A stretch of DNA of 64,000 nucleotides, taken from Chrysomallon squamiferum (lineage: Eukaryota; Animalia; Mollusca). Location of the stretch: assembly GCA_012295275.1 (NCBI GenBank), contig CM022678.1, forward strand, positions 12,710,001-12,774,000, written 5' to 3'. Shown piece after piece: positions 1-14,943 of this stretch. The position numbers were made by a program, and so were the translations under genes. Numbering within the stretch: position 1 is the first letter of the stretch; each line of letters starts with the position of its first letter. The notes below the pieces were generated by a model, which worked only from the letters and a program-made list of their open reading frames with translations, was not told the DNA's origin and searched no databases.

Positions 1-544
1 ATGTATTTAACTCCACTGTATTGTACAGTTCAGTCATTCGCTGTAAATATAACATGAAGGAGAACATCAGAAGACAAAGACGGCAGATAAAATGAATGCA
101 TATAAAAGTGATGTCCAGTAAATTTACAGGGAATCAGCTTCACCCTCAGTCATTAGTAATCTGCAACAGCCCATCACTAAAACAACACTTTAACAATTCT
201 GTTGTGGCTGGCAGCTCACGTCTTTATAAATATCTATAAATAAAACAATATTCAACCATTACCACCTTAAATTCTTTACAACTAATTTCTTTATGTAATT
301 AAACGATGATTTTTCTACACTAAATGTGTGTGCGTGTATGTGTTGTTTTGTCTTTTTCCCCCATTCAGTAACCTTTGACAGTTCAGTGTGTGGCATGGTC
401 CAGCTTTGTATTAAACAAGTTGTCAGTTAATTCTCGACATGTTACATGAAGACAATGTTGTTAATTCTCACTGTTAACATCAGTGAATAAGTTTTCCGTT
501 TAGTTTGGTCTCGTCTCATACGTAATTTTTTAATTAACGGAAAG

Positions 545-681
545 TCTGCTCATTGGCTTTTCTTAATTTGACGGAAAATCGACAAAGTCTGAGAACGGAG
601 CGCGGTCAAAGTCTGGCGAGAAAGAGTTCTTTCGTTATTTTGCTGGAGACTGACGTAACATTCGCTCGCTCGTCAATCAAC
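545..681 (+). promoter_or_regulatory. Possible promoter / first exon of an unassigned transcript
   Basis: CpG-rich patch with reverse CCAAT (ATTGG ~552), CRE-like TGACGTAA (~651) and a donor-like ACG|GTAAAT near 682. Downstream exons were not identified. Confidence 0.3.
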
Positions 682-944
682 GGTAAATAATCTGAGATCT
701 GTGAACCTTTACTTTAAAATTATATTGACAGCATAAAATAATTCCTCAACTCTGACTTCACATAAACCAACTTGGAATTTGTTTCACATTTTTATTCTTT
801 CAGTTTGAAACATAACTTTATTCGGGTACAGTGTATTTACCTCGTTATCTTGACAGTAAATCTACGGGGTGTGCAAGCCCTGGCCCAGGATCCATGACTT
901 GAATCATTTCTATTTCTTTCTTTTTTTCCCCCTTTTTTTTCTCT

Positions 945-996
<52 letters not shown>

Positions 997-2949
997 GTAT
1001 CTATCTATCTATGTATCTATCTATCTATCTGTCTTTCTGTCTATCGATGTATGTATGTATTCATTCTTCAGTTAAATTAAGTTCCAGTTTCAGATAAAAT
1101 ATTTGGTAGGTATATAATTTTAGCAGTGAATAAAACAATACATTTACTTTTTGGTTCACTTTAAAGTGAACCTGTGTCAAGAAGAACAGACATTGTCTAG
1201 TCAGATTCTGTACACATCCAAGCCATTATTTCTTTGTTTACCGCAACCTGTCATTACACATAACAAGGTTTGACAATAACACTGTTATGAAACTGTAGCT
1301 CTTCGCAGCTGGAGTCGTGACGTCATCACATAATGGGACAGATGACTGCTTTTTGCTACTTACTGGACTCACCCCAGGCGGTAGAACTTTTAATTTGTGT
1401 AATATCGCTTCGTTGAATCATAAATATTCCGCGAAATAAAATGTCTAAGTCATTTACATTTCTGACTTGTAATATTTATATTTGCGACTTTCTTCAAAAT
1501 GACTCTTCAAACCGAAAATCAAATTTGATGTAGTTATTTTTTTGGTTTTTAGAGAATTGTTTTACAGTGGAAATCAAACATCCTTTTATACTTTTGGTGT
1601 CAGTATCTTTGTTATTATTAAAAACAACCCTGCAAAAATAACAATGAATAAATCAATACATATCTTCTGCCAAATAAACTATCTGTTAACATGTGTTTAT
1701 GTCTTTTAAAATATAATAAAGTAAAAACAAGAATATTAAATTGTAATATCGCCCTTCTGCTCAAAATCGACTGCTCTGAAATAAAAATAAACTTCTTTGT
1801 TGGATGATAAAGGGATTAATTCTACTGTGTAAAAGCGTTACTAAATAGAGAAAAAATGAGTAAATCTGAAAAGACAGGTAACCAATCCTCGAGAATGTTC
1901 CAGAGAACAAAAAATGCACTTCATATTATTTACAAGCAACGAAACAAACCAAAAAACAATTTGATAATACACAGTAATTACTCTTTCCTATATATAAAAT
2001 TTTCTTCAATTTTGTCATTGTTCTTATCTTGTTTTATTTAATTATTTAGCTTCAGTAAATAAGATCATTATTAAAGCTAGCCACTGAATGCAGATAGTTC
2101 TAGGTCACTGGTTTATTTCTATATACAAATTAGAACACACACACACACTCCAAATTGGGAGGTGGAAAGAGAAAAAGTAAGAAAAATAACTCGAGAGTAA
2201 TAATAATAATAATAATAATTTCTTTACACAGTAACAGTCAAGTGCAAATGAATTTGCTTATAGAGTATTGCTACGTGTTTTATAATTTAAAAAAAAGAAA
2301 AAAGAGAAAAGAAAAAGTTTTCTTTGTAATAAATTATACAGCATATAAGCCACACACTCTCAAACAACTTAAAAATGATGTTAGAAGGGACATAATAGAA
2401 ATCTTTTCATCACGGAATCATTTACATTCCCTTTTGCTACCGATAATTTCAATTAATAAACCGGAATTTTGTTGATATCTTAAGGATAATGAAGATATTT
2501 TCCACGATTGCTTTCGCTACGCCTGTAATAGTTTTGTTGAGTAAAAGTTAGTATGCGTTGTAATATACGTCTGACTTAGCTAGTATTTAATATATTTTAT
2601 TTGTGCATGTGTTCATAATTAAAGTGTGCTACTATAGGATGTGGAGTATCTGGTGTTACATAAATAATAATAATAATTATAATAGTAATAATAACAGTAG
2701 TAGTAGTAGTAGTAGTATAGTAGTAGTATAGTAGTAGTAGTAGTAGTAGTAGTGGTTGTAGTAGTAGTAGTAACATCAGCAGCAGCAGTAGTATTCGCAT
2801 CTTCGAAATGCAAGACTTACTCTAAGACATCATTTTTGAGATATCTAAATCTCACAGTAACATACCCACATAACTCTAAAAAATTGGTTTGTTCTTTTAT
2901 CAAAAATAACAACCACGCTTACAGTTGAAAACAATAATTCTGCATTAAA

Positions 2950-5900
2950 TCATTTATTTCTAAAACTGGTCAAATAAACATTTGAAAACACAAACAATAA
3001 AGTGTGTTATTTGCTAACTCGTGTCTACAAGACTGAACTATGTCTCAGTGACGTTGACTAGGGAGCTTGCTTATTTTAAAAGCTGACCTACTGTTTCACG
3101 CACGACACCCTGGAGTGACATTATCATCAACAGCTGCATAACGACATTTTTCCATTCTCTAACAATGAGTGTAACTACACTGGTTTCAAATTCTCCTTAA
3201 CAACTCAACCGTGAACACGATTAAAGTGCGGTCTGTCTAGGTAATAGTAGTAATAGTAGTAGTAGTAGTAGTAGTATGTGCAGAACACCGATATCATTTT
3301 CAAAATATGTACATGTGACAATGATATACACATAAAATACACTAGTTAAAAATTTAAAAAAAATAAAAATGGAACTATCGCAGTTAAATTAATGAACTGT
3401 CCATTAAAACATTTATTTTTAAAACTGGGCAAATTTTATTTTCTATAATGAAAATAATAAACATTTGCATAACAATAAAGTGTGTTCTTTGCTAATTCGT
3501 CTGTACGTGACAAAACTGATGTTGAGTACTTCAAGGAGTTGCACGCCCAGATCAGGTGACGATGATCTGATGTTAAAGTTATATGACCTTGAACAGTGAG
3601 CTTGTTTATTTTTAAAATCTAATGACAGAGAAAATTGAGTAGTAATAATAAAGTTTTCATTCTCAAACATTTACCAAATCAGTTGGTATGGTACCTTTTA
3701 TCTTTAGTTTAATTTCTGTGCTCGTCGCAATAATGTAATTTAATAATTAATTTGATATAAAGAAAACAAGAATTTTAACAATAAAATAACTTGAATCTTG
3801 CAAGAAATTATTTCAGAGAGAAGATAAAAAATACATTACAGAAACTAAACATAATAACAAAATACAGAAGACTAAAGCAGGAACAAAATCAATAATAAAT
3901 ATAATTTTAATAAGGAATACTTGTTCTAGCATTTTTGAATTACATCTCAGTATTACATTTCAATTATACCAAATCAGTACATTGAAATTAACATTTTACA
4001 TAGTTAACGTAGTTAATCAGTAATTAAAACTAATTGTTTACTTATTTGTTTATTTACCTACACAAAGGAATAAATAAATAAATAAATAAATAAACAAACA
4101 AACAGACAAATAAACAAAAATAACGCTCTTCTTTCCCAGTTCTCTGGTGTATTACTTCCTAATCGTTTCTGCGCGGATTGTTTTTAAAGAAAAACGCAAA
4201 CGAAAGTCGGCTGAAGCTCAAGTGCGCGCAGTTGCTCCTCACCGCTGGAATCGCGCGCCTAGGACAGCCGGAGGATTGACGCTGGCGACAACCAAACTGA
4301 AGTATCGAACCTGTATATTCAAACATTCATAGCCCAATTATTATTTCAACTAGAGTTTCAAAAATGAAACAACAAGTAGACGATATTGAAGAAACTAAAC
4401 TGAAGATCCGAAAATGGAATAAACATCTGGCTGACAAATACAGTAAAAATGTAAATAATGAAACCATCACGACTGTTATCTCGGATTTAGAAAATCTAAG
4501 TGAATCTTTTTCACACGAACTGCTTAAAACCACGTGAACAGAAATAGGTATCCGTGAACACCGCGATTAATACATGAAACCATTTTTACACAAATAGAGA
4601 TAACGCTCTGTAAATATTGTATTTTTAAATTTCTCTGGTTGAAAAACTAAACTGACTATACCAGAAGTTTTTAATTTTTGTAATCGGTATGATATTTTGT
4701 GTTTAGTAGAAACAAAAGTTGATGATATTGATCAGGTAGTAATACCAGGTTATGTAGTATATACAAATAACAGGAATGGAAAATCATGTGCTAAATCGGG
4801 CGGCATATGCCTAGCTGTCAATAGTAATATCACTTCAAAAGCACATGTTTATCAAAAAACATGTGAACATGTATTATGGTTTAAATTTAAAGATTAATTT
4901 GTATCTAGAAAAACATCTAATATAAGTATTGGTGTTGTATATTTACCGCATGTAGGCTCTCCTTATTTTAACGTGTTGCAAGACGAACTTAATAAATGTC
5001 TACTGAAAATATGTTCTTTTCGGCGATTTTAACGCCAGAAAACAGAAACTCCCTCGTTATATAATGTGTGAAATTGAAACAAATAACATGATACAATTTT
5101 GAGATAAATTATTTAATTTATGAACGAGCCAAAGAATCTGTTAAATTTAGGAAATTATCTAGAAAGAAAAAGTCAGGAGATTGGTAGGCCAAATAGTCAT
5201 GGATATACTTACTCAATTTTGCATAAATAGCAACATGTATCCTGTATACGGAAGAGATGATAATGATAAAAATATTTTTATCCTTTATATTCAGGCATTC
5301 ATAGTCCACTTATTATTTCTATTAGTTTCAAAAATGAAACAACAAGTAGACGATATTGAAGAAACTGAACTGGATAATGTAGAAAGTTAAAAATATCTCG
5401 GTATTATTTTTGCACAAATCGAATAGATTTACTAAGGCAAGAAACTTGTTATGAACACAAGCACTGAAGGCTGTATATTTCATTCTACGACAAAAAAAGA
5501 TGCCATAATATTTCCATCCATGACTCGTTTAACGTGCGGTCTGTAAAAGTATGTATACATGTACTGCGCACAGTAAAACGATAATAATAAGAAGAAAATA
5601 CCCATATTACATCTTTCTATTCTCTAACAATGAGTGCAGCTACGCAGGTTTCACATTGTCCTTGTTTACAACTAACCGTGAACACGATTAATGTGCGTTC
5701 TAAGTATCTATGCATGTACTGCGCACAGCAAACATGTAATAAGAAGAAAAAGAAGAAGAGGAAGAAGAAGAACAACAACAACAAAAAGGAAAACTGGTAT
5801 TAATTATTTTAAAGTGGAATGTATCTGGATCTCGTGAAAAATGATCTTACTTTAAAGTAGCAGTGACCCTGCTACTTTAAACTTGTTTAGTTTAAAATGT

Positions 5901-8392
5901 AACGACAGGGAAGTGAGTATTAATAATAAACTCTTTTAACTAAAACAAGAAATTTAACAATCAACTAACATGAATCGTTCAAGACCCTAGTGAAAAATAA
6001 TTTTAAAAGATGCACCATACTGAAGAGATAAAAAATTATAATTAACTTCTTAACTTCCCTCAATAACAGTTAAGCCCCACGAAAATTCTGTTTTATAATA
6101 AAGAATAGTGTGCATTCATAAATTTAACAGTGAAGCACAACATTGTGGACAATTTATCACACTTAATCTTAGCCTCCAACAGAAACCAGATTAATTTACA
6201 CATACACAACTTCACCCATTACATAAAAGTGACACCCGTAATGTAAATGACCAATATATTTTCTACACGACTAATTTAGCTAATGCTAAGTCATTGTTTC
6301 ATAATAAAAAATATACCAGCGTTTTTAACAAATATTAGAATAGTATACAGTTAAAATATACAATCTACAAGATAAGACAAAGGTTTTATTCTGAAATATG
6401 TTTCAACATACTGTCAAGAGCTAAAGCTTTCTTCTTCTTCTTCTTCAAGATGATCTCTAATACTTTGCTTCACCACACATTCCCATCCACTTGCTTAGTG
6501 AGATCACTGATTGATGTCAGAGTTCACTTCTGACCGGCGAGTGACAGTCTTTTAAGGCTCGCCGCACGGATATCGTTTCCGTGTTTTTCAGAAAGCGACG
6601 AAATTGCTCTTTTCGGGAATTATGCTTGATCGAGTACTTTTTGTGGATAGAAAGAATATTTTCAGTTGAAAAAACCTGTCTTCTAAATTTTCGAACCAAA
6701 GTTTGGTTCGATTTATGAAAGGAAAAGACCATTTTAAGTGAAGTCCACGATGTTTCGTAGGAGATTAATTTTAGACTTTTTTTTTATTTATCGCGAATGG
6801 GGAAAATGCCGGACGGGAAGCTCGAAACCATGTCTATTTTCGACAAGTACAGAGACATGTCACGTCAAAGTGTTCAGAAAATAATTAAAAATCACACACT
6901 TTAATCCGAACAAAAAGAAAAAGGGAATTGGAAAGGAAATGTTACTCTTTATTGTGCTTGCTTCTTTGAACAAAAGTGTTTCTGTGCCGCGCTGGGAAAA
7001 GAGAAGTTTTCAACTGATTCAGGCTTTGCTAGCAGCTGCGCAGTGAGTGTGACAGATAAAAAACGTCAACCTCTGTCCAAGGTCATGCTCCCTTGATAAA
7101 TTTCAAAATGTAGATACTAGTTGCTTCTGAATATTTTAAATAGTGTTTGTTATAATAATAATAATAGTAATAATAATAATAATAATAAATATAATAATAA
7201 GAAGAAGAATAAGAAGAAAACGACGAAGAGCCACAACAACACCAACACCAGCAAGATCAGTGATTATAATATTAAAAATAATAAGAATGAAATGAACAAA
7301 TTAAATAATACAAATGATGAAAATGAGTTTCTTGAAGTTAAATGAAGACATTTATACATATACAGATCCATACCTTTATACTTATACACACACACACACA
7401 CATATATGCACACCAACCTACAAAGATACATGTCCATAAAAAAGTTAACTTTTCTTCTGTAGCACAAGATACATATTTTTAGTAGTAGTAGTAGTATTGG
7501 TTTATTTAATAGATTGATCAAAGACGACCACATATATGCAAATCGATCAAAATACATATAAATACATGTAGTTATCAGTCATAAACGTAAGAGAAATATA
7601 AAAATGAATACCTCAAATAATAACAGCAATAAAATCCGTGAAAAAAAAAAAAGGAAAAAAAAAGAAGAAGAAATATATATCGAATTAATAACTTAAATTG
7701 ACTTACTTTTCTCATGTTTAAGTACTCAGTAACCAATTAAGTAAGTAATGAGAAATTCGATACTTTAATACCCAAGAGATAGGTTCTTGCAGCTACGATT
7801 AATTTATCTATATAAAACACGACACTGAAAACATACAGAAAATAAACTCTGATAAATTTTCTTTTAAAACCATTCATATTAACATCCATTTCTTTATATT
7901 TTCATCTTCTTCTTTCTCATTCTTTTCTCAAACTACAGTTATCTATAAATAACTTTAAATCAACAGCAAATATCTCATTTCGGGTTTTATCCTCGTTGTG
8001 TTGTTTAAACAAAATCAGGAGCATCTCCCTTGACTTTGAACTTGATTCTTTTTATTGTTATTTTTCTCTATTCCATTTTATTTTAATGCATATATATATT
8101 ATGCGTGTGTCTCTGTGGGTGAGTGTGTTTTTTGGATGTCGACCTATAAGTCTGTTTTGTACATTTTCTGCATTTCATATAGATGTGTTTACTTATAACT
8201 GCGAAAGTACATGTATGTTTGTGCGTCTGTCTATACGTGTTTTACAAACTGCTCGTTCATCAGTAGTGTTTATACTTAGACACAGCTTCTCTTATTCGCG
8301 CTTTTTACTTTTTTCTTTCATTCTTCTTCTTGTTCTTCTTTTCTTCTATTTCTTATTATTAATATTAATATTATTATTATTATTATTATTAA

Positions 8393-8438
<46 letters not shown>

Positions 8439-9002
8439 AAGATGTAATTGGAGCTACTGCTGCTACTACTACTACTAATAATAATAATAATATTACTACT
8501 ACTACTACTACTACTACTACTAATAATAATAATAATAATAATAATATTAATAATAATAATTATAACAAACAACAACAACAACCAGAATAATGAAGAGCAG
8601 TTTAACATTAAAGTTTGAAATCTGACATGTTTCACAGACAAAAGAAGGCATTATTGGTAACATTATCTTCGATACCCGTATAACGACATTTTTTTTTAAA
8701 TTCTCTTACAATGAGTGTAACTACACTGGTTTCAAATTCTCCTTAACAACTCAACCGCGAACACCATTAACATTCGATCCAAGTATATAAACATGTACTA
8801 TGCAGGGTAAAATATATAATAATAATCATAGTAGTTATAATAATAATAATAATAAGATCAGATTAAAAATAAAATTATAAGTGAAATAAAAATAAAATCA
8901 GGTGATTGAAGCTAAATGAACATAACAAGTTATAAACATTTACATACACACATACATGTCCATAAAAAGTTATTTTAAATCTGTAACATTTAACACCAGA
9001 TA

Positions 9003-9042
<40 letters not shown>

Positions 9043-9280
9043 TTATATATGTTTCATTTATTTTTTATTTTTAATACATTGGTCAAAGTCAACCCCGAAT
9101 ATGCAAATAGATCAAAATATAAAAAAATATATAAAAAAAACATACAAGATATATGTAGTTATCAGTCATAAATGTAATAGAAAAATAAATGAATACCTCA
9201 AATATGAACAAATAAATAAATAAATAAGTAAATAAGTAAACGAAATAGAGACGTTTCTGTATTTTAATTTCGTTGTTGTA

Positions 9281-9311
<31 letters not shown>

Positions 9312-10590
9312 AACATTTTAATTTATTTTTGTATTTCTACACAGAGGATGAATAACAGTAACAGGATTAATATTCAAATCTCTCGTTGTTTTGACGATGT
9401 ACGTCTAAGTACAGTTCGTCCTGTAACCATGTCGGTTGCTCTTACTAGTTTTAATAAACGTTTTACATTACGTACATAATAATCCACATGTGACCTTTGA
9501 CTGTGGACACTGACGATTGACAAAAAGACAGGGACCTGTGTTTAACTGAATCGCTGATCTTTCAGTACTGTCATTCATGTGACACGACTCGCACAGACAA
9601 CATTGCGTGATTTCTCTTCTAGCTGACTTCAGATTTTAAAAAAGAACCCTCAAGTTTGTTGTTGTCTTTGAGGTCACAGTTCAGGTCAACCATTTATTCG
9701 AGTACGGCTACAACACTACCACTTATACAAATTTGTTCAAACTGGTTTGCATGCAGGTTAAGAAAGAGACGGAAATAATATGGGGTAGCGGGATGGAATG
9801 TATCAACTACGTGTAGTAAACAATAATATCGAGCTTTACAAACATCCACAGAACGTCGAATTAATAACTTTAATTTACTTACATTTCTCATATTGAAGTA
9901 CTGAGTAAGTAATCAAGGAAGTAATGAGAAATTCCATGCTTTAATAGGTATTCTGCAGCTACGATGATTTTAGCATTAATTTGTCATTTAGCATTAATAT
10001 ACAATATGCATACACATATATATATTTGTGTGTATGTGTGTGTGTGTGTAGTTGCTGTGTCGTGTTATATATTACACGTGTGTCTCTGGGTGGGTGTACT
10101 TTTGGATTCGTTCTATACGTCTATTTTATAGTGTATGTTTTCTGCAGTTCATATACATGTGTATTGTTATATTAGTGAATGTACTAGTATATATTGTGCA
10201 TATGTGTTTGCGAGCACTCTATTTTAGAAAATGAAACAGTCCACTAAAACAATAAAATTAAAAAAGGAAAAGAAAAAGAAAAAAGGAAAAAGCAGACTGA
10301 AAATTAATCAGTAAATAATTAAGAACTAGAGAACATTTAAAATAGTAAGTATATAAAGATGATGATGATGATGTTGATAATAATGAACTGTAGTTTAACA
10401 CTAAACTTTGAAATCTAACCTACGTTTCACAGACAAAACTTGGTATCTTCTATACCCGTGTAAAAACATTTTTCTGTTCACTAACAATGAGTGTAAATAC
10501 ACTGGTTTCAAATTCTCCTTGTTAACGACTCAGTCGTGACCACGATTAATGTGCGATCTAAATATGTAGAGATTTTAAACACAGTAAAAG
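2950..10590. repeat. Decayed local tandem duplication
   Basis: A shared ~140-bp block (…aacaatgagtgtaactacactggtttcaaattctcctt…) at ~3092-3232, ~5598-5700, ~8630-8780 and ~10424-10557. Further paired blocks: 7700-7800/9877-9965, 8100-8210/10070-10160, 7330-7620/8920-9205, 2960-3080/3420-3615. Confidence 0.8.
4140..5510 (+). mobile_element. Decayed, internally deleted non-LTR retrotransposon (LINE)
   Basis: GC-rich 5' part, then APE-type endonuclease remnants (CLVETK, SGGICLAV, VLWFK, IGVVYLP, GDFNAR near 5020-5040) with stops and frameshifts. An RT C-terminal motif (LDNVES*KYLGIIF) lies at ~5370-5412. Confidence 0.75.
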
Positions 10591-10625
10591 AACGTAAGAA
10601 AATAATAATAATAATAATAATAATA

Positions 10626-10711
<86 letters not shown>

Positions 10712-11149
10712 TTTAAATAGCACATACATGTACATACATTACACTATCCTGTACTAAAACAGAACACATGTAAGTGCTTTGTCTCTCTAAATAGTTATTT
10801 TTATTTTCTCGCTGTTTAGCTATTGTTATTTAATTTTATCTAGATATTTTTATTTTCTTCGTATCTTATTTTTATTTTCTCGCAATCTTGATTGTTCAAT
10901 TTTATTGATATCTAGTTACTTCGATTTTCGTGACACAAAATGTAACATACCTCATTGGTGAGGTGTTGTACTGTCACTGACATCAGTCTGAAATACCTGA
11001 CTACAAGTAACAGAAAACTCACAGAAATGCTACACAACTTTATACAGTCAACACTTGGGTGAATAACCGTGTTATTTTCTCTACCGCTGTTTGGAAACAA
11101 CATTCCCACTTTATTCCCAGAGCAAACAGCTAGAAAGATACCAAATATT

Positions 11150-11615
11150 TATCATACTTCACTGCAAGCCTAAAAAATGTACCCTGAAACATACCTTACA
11201 TTACATTTATGATACCCCAACCATGGAGAACATACACCGAAATATACTAAACATTACTTTTACCCAAATAAAGAGATTATACACTGATTTACATATATGA
11301 CACCCCAGACAAACCTAAAGAATATACAAGAAAACATACCAAGCATTACATTTATGATATTCCATCCCAAACTCAATCAATGAAATATGTCAAAAATTTA
11401 TTTTATGATACTCCACGTCAACCTAATGAACGTACGCTGAAACATACTAAACGTTACAGATATGAAACTCCATCTCAACCCTCGAGAATGTATACTGAAA
11501 CATATCAAACATTATATTTATGATAATCTATCCCAACCCTAGAGAATATCTTGAAGGATACGAAACATTACATTTGATATTCAAACCCAACCCTAGAGAA
11601 TACAGACAGAAACAT
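11150..11615. repeat. Degenerate tandem repeat, ~57-bp unit
   Basis: Recurring ...gaaacatactaaacattacatttatgata...cccaaccctagagaa..., about 8 diverged copies. Confidence 0.7.
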
Positions 11616-11981
11616 ATCAAAAAACAGAAAGATTGCATTAATAATGAACATACAGGAAAACATAACAATAGTCTCAATAATTAATTACCCACTATGACAA
11701 AATTAAGACATAAACAAGCCTCTGTTTTGTGGTATATTTCCAAAAATTATTTATATGGAAGAGTCAATCAGTAGAGTTACCAGACACGCTGGTTTGTAAC
11801 ACACTGTCAGTAGTAGATGTCAGAGGATGTCACACAAACTCGTACAATGCACTGTTCTACTGAAGTGTCTTTTTTCTTAAACAACACATGAAATTTACTT
11901 TACCTAATAAAGAAAACAAAACTAATTACATTTATAAACATATTTATCATGTTAAGTTTCAATGGAATTATAGTACGCTCA

Positions 11982-12042
<61 letters not shown>

Positions 12043-12892
12043 ACTATAATAATGGTAACAAACAAAATAAAAATAAATCATTAACGACAGAACATAATTT
12101 CCGGAAGGAAACAATTATCAAGTCCAGCAATAAAATACAAGATATTTATCAAGACAGTCATTCAGTGTAAGACCAATACATTTCTCAAAATAATTTTACA
12201 TAAAAATAATAACTATTCATAAAAAAAGTAGTTTGATACAAGTTATTTACAAATAAAATAACGATAGTATTAAAATTTTATCACACAAATTAAATCAGTT
12301 TAACTTCACACTCATAGTTCAATGTCAAACAGATCAATTTAAATACTATTAACTATCATCAATATTTTACAATTATTAAATTAATAAATGTAAACATTAT
12401 TAATTTTAAAATATTCCTACTTAAAACTTACATTTACTTTATTAAATATTCACTATTTTGTAATTATTAAAGTTATATGTAAAAATTTACATTTGCTTTA
12501 TAAATTTTGTTAGTGTCTATTTTCTAATGAAAGTTTAATCAAATGTAAACATGATATGAATGTATCTTCTATTGTGTGCCTGTATATATGTATGTCTGTA
12601 TGTAAGTACGTATGTCAGTGGTCTCGCCAGCATTTGTGAAAGGGATGGCGGGAATCGGCGGAACTGGTGTAAGCTAAACGAAGAGACGGTACTGAAAATG
12701 TTCAGAGTACAAGTACTTTGAGCAATCAAAAATACTCCTATAAATAATTGCATCAAATGCATTAACTATTAACACGTTTATTTTATTTGCAATTAAATAA
12801 AGTCAAAGTGTCTGTTACAGGCGAGTTTTGTCTTGTTGTTCTGTCAGTTATATTATTTTGTAACCTTCTGTATATATATATATATATATATG

Positions 12893-12932
<40 letters not shown>

Positions 12933-13076
12933 CAACTTCTCGCGGGTAAAAAGAAAAAGAAATATGATAAAATAAAATAACCTAAAATAAAATAATTAAA
13001 GTATTTCTGAATGAAATAAATCAAGAATCAACAGCCACTACAAAACACAAAACAATATAGTATAAGTTTTAGTTAC

Positions 13077-13143
13077 CTGCAGTAGAAAAGAATGCAGAAC
13101 TCGAAACTAGTCAACAAACGAAGTGACCCAAATTCTTCACCAT
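13077..13143 (-). pseudogene. Signal-peptide-like first exon with an in-frame TGA
   Basis: MVKNLGHFVC*LVSSSAFFSTA followed by phase-1 donor CAG|GTAACT, in a CpG-containing patch. Confidence 0.3.
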
Positions 13144-14829
13144 CTGCTCGCTCAGTGAAACATCCGGCGATCAAGACTACCCTGTTTAGCGTTCAGGGCA
13201 GACCTTGTTTATTTATTTGTTTATTTATTTAGATGTTCTGGTACAATTTTTTACTTATAATCTGAATAAAATTCACGTAACTAACACGCCGATCTTTCAA
13301 GTTTAATTTTATGTATGTGCTTTCTAAGAGCAGTTCGTTCTAGATGACCGGTAAACATTTGACGTATAATCTACTGTCACACTTTAAAGTGGAATAAGGA
13401 AATGAGGACAGCGGTAGGAATAAAAGTAAATTTATATTAAAAAACCATTTTAAAAGAAACTGTCACAAAAATTAACTGAAGAATAAAAGTAAAATAAAAT
13501 TAATTAATAAATAAATGATAAATAAATAAACAACCAAACAAAGAAGTGAATAAAGAAAGAAAGAACGAAATAGAAACAGGATACTGACATGTGTCCTCCC
13601 AAACTAAAAATGCACAGGCGGACAAAATCCACCAGCAGAAATGCAAGATAGTATAAAAGTCTTCAATACATAAACAAAACACAGCAGTGTAAACGCTCCA
13701 CGACTTAAAATAAAATGTATGTGTAATACTTATAATAATAAAAGGAAAAGAACAAACATTCTGTCATTGTTTAAAAATGTTCCTGGGTGTGACCAGCTTT
13801 AATAAATGAGTAACTTTAAAAATAACCGACATAATTAGTGACATAGCATAGCTTAGAAAATATGAAATTTTTCACTCGACACTCATAGCTTAGAAAATAT
13901 GAAATTTTTCACTCGACACTCACAACACTGATTTCGATATAATTTTTGAATTAATTTATTACACGATTTCAGTGAGAAAAACCTGCATGAATGGAAGATT
14001 GTCTTTTGTGGCTTGCAGTCTTTCAGGCTTTCAGCCATTTTAAACTGTCCAGAAACTAATCGTTTTATTGACAATGTTTAGTTTTTTTTTTTTTTTACTT
14101 TTTGGGAATACATTTAAATGCAATCTTTACCGAGATAGTTTTGGAATAAATCATGGAGTTCGGAATAATACGTTGAATATAGGAACGTTTTCTGCACATG
14201 CACAGACGCCTTTGAACTACAACACAGGTTATAGCAGCTAATTGTTTATCTAAAGGGCCTACGTGACGTTTGTTTACTCATTTTCTTTCTCTGTCTTTAG
14301 TTTTTGTTTCTGCTGTTAAACTATATGTCCTTTTCACTCTGTTGTACATATATTGTTACTGTTAAATCTAAACTTACTTCTGACAAAGTAAAAGTAGAGA
14401 ACCAGGCCTGGACTTCCTAATGTTAAAGATCTACTCTCTCACACCAGATAATGTTATTAAACTTTTGCTACGGTTTTTTAAGCGATGACACAATGCACGA
14501 ATAACTGTTTATTGTGTATGTATATAACGTTGTTGTACAAAGAGACCAGGTTAAATGTACGCAGGTAGGCTTATAAATAAACAGGGAACTTTTCCAAGGA
14601 TTGCCTTGGGAAACAGACAAAAAAATTGGTTGTTTGAAAAGTTGCTTTTTAATCTATGGGTAGAGCTTTTGTTTCTTTATTTTCCTAATTACTTTCAAAA
14701 GATTGTTATACGTGACTGAAATAATAAATTTGGAATATTTGTTTCATTTCTGTTTTCATCTGAAGCAATAAAGAAGCAATAAAAATAACAATAAAAACAA
14801 AACAAAAAATACAAATACAAACACACACA

Positions 14830-14872
<43 letters not shown>

Positions 14873-14911
14873 GTACACACACATACATACATCTAGATAT
14901 ATATATTCACA

Positions 14912-14943
<32 letters not shown>

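Noticed and set aside
7996-8641. Poly-Leu/Ile/Ser ORFs resembling membrane proteins
   Set aside because: Produced by (TTA)n/(CTA)n microsatellites. The same applies to similar ORFs at 2597, 11949, 18844, 31957 and 49656.
12535-12762. Protein-coding exon on either strand
   Set aside because: Both strands give short plausible translations but no recognisable motif or complete gene model.
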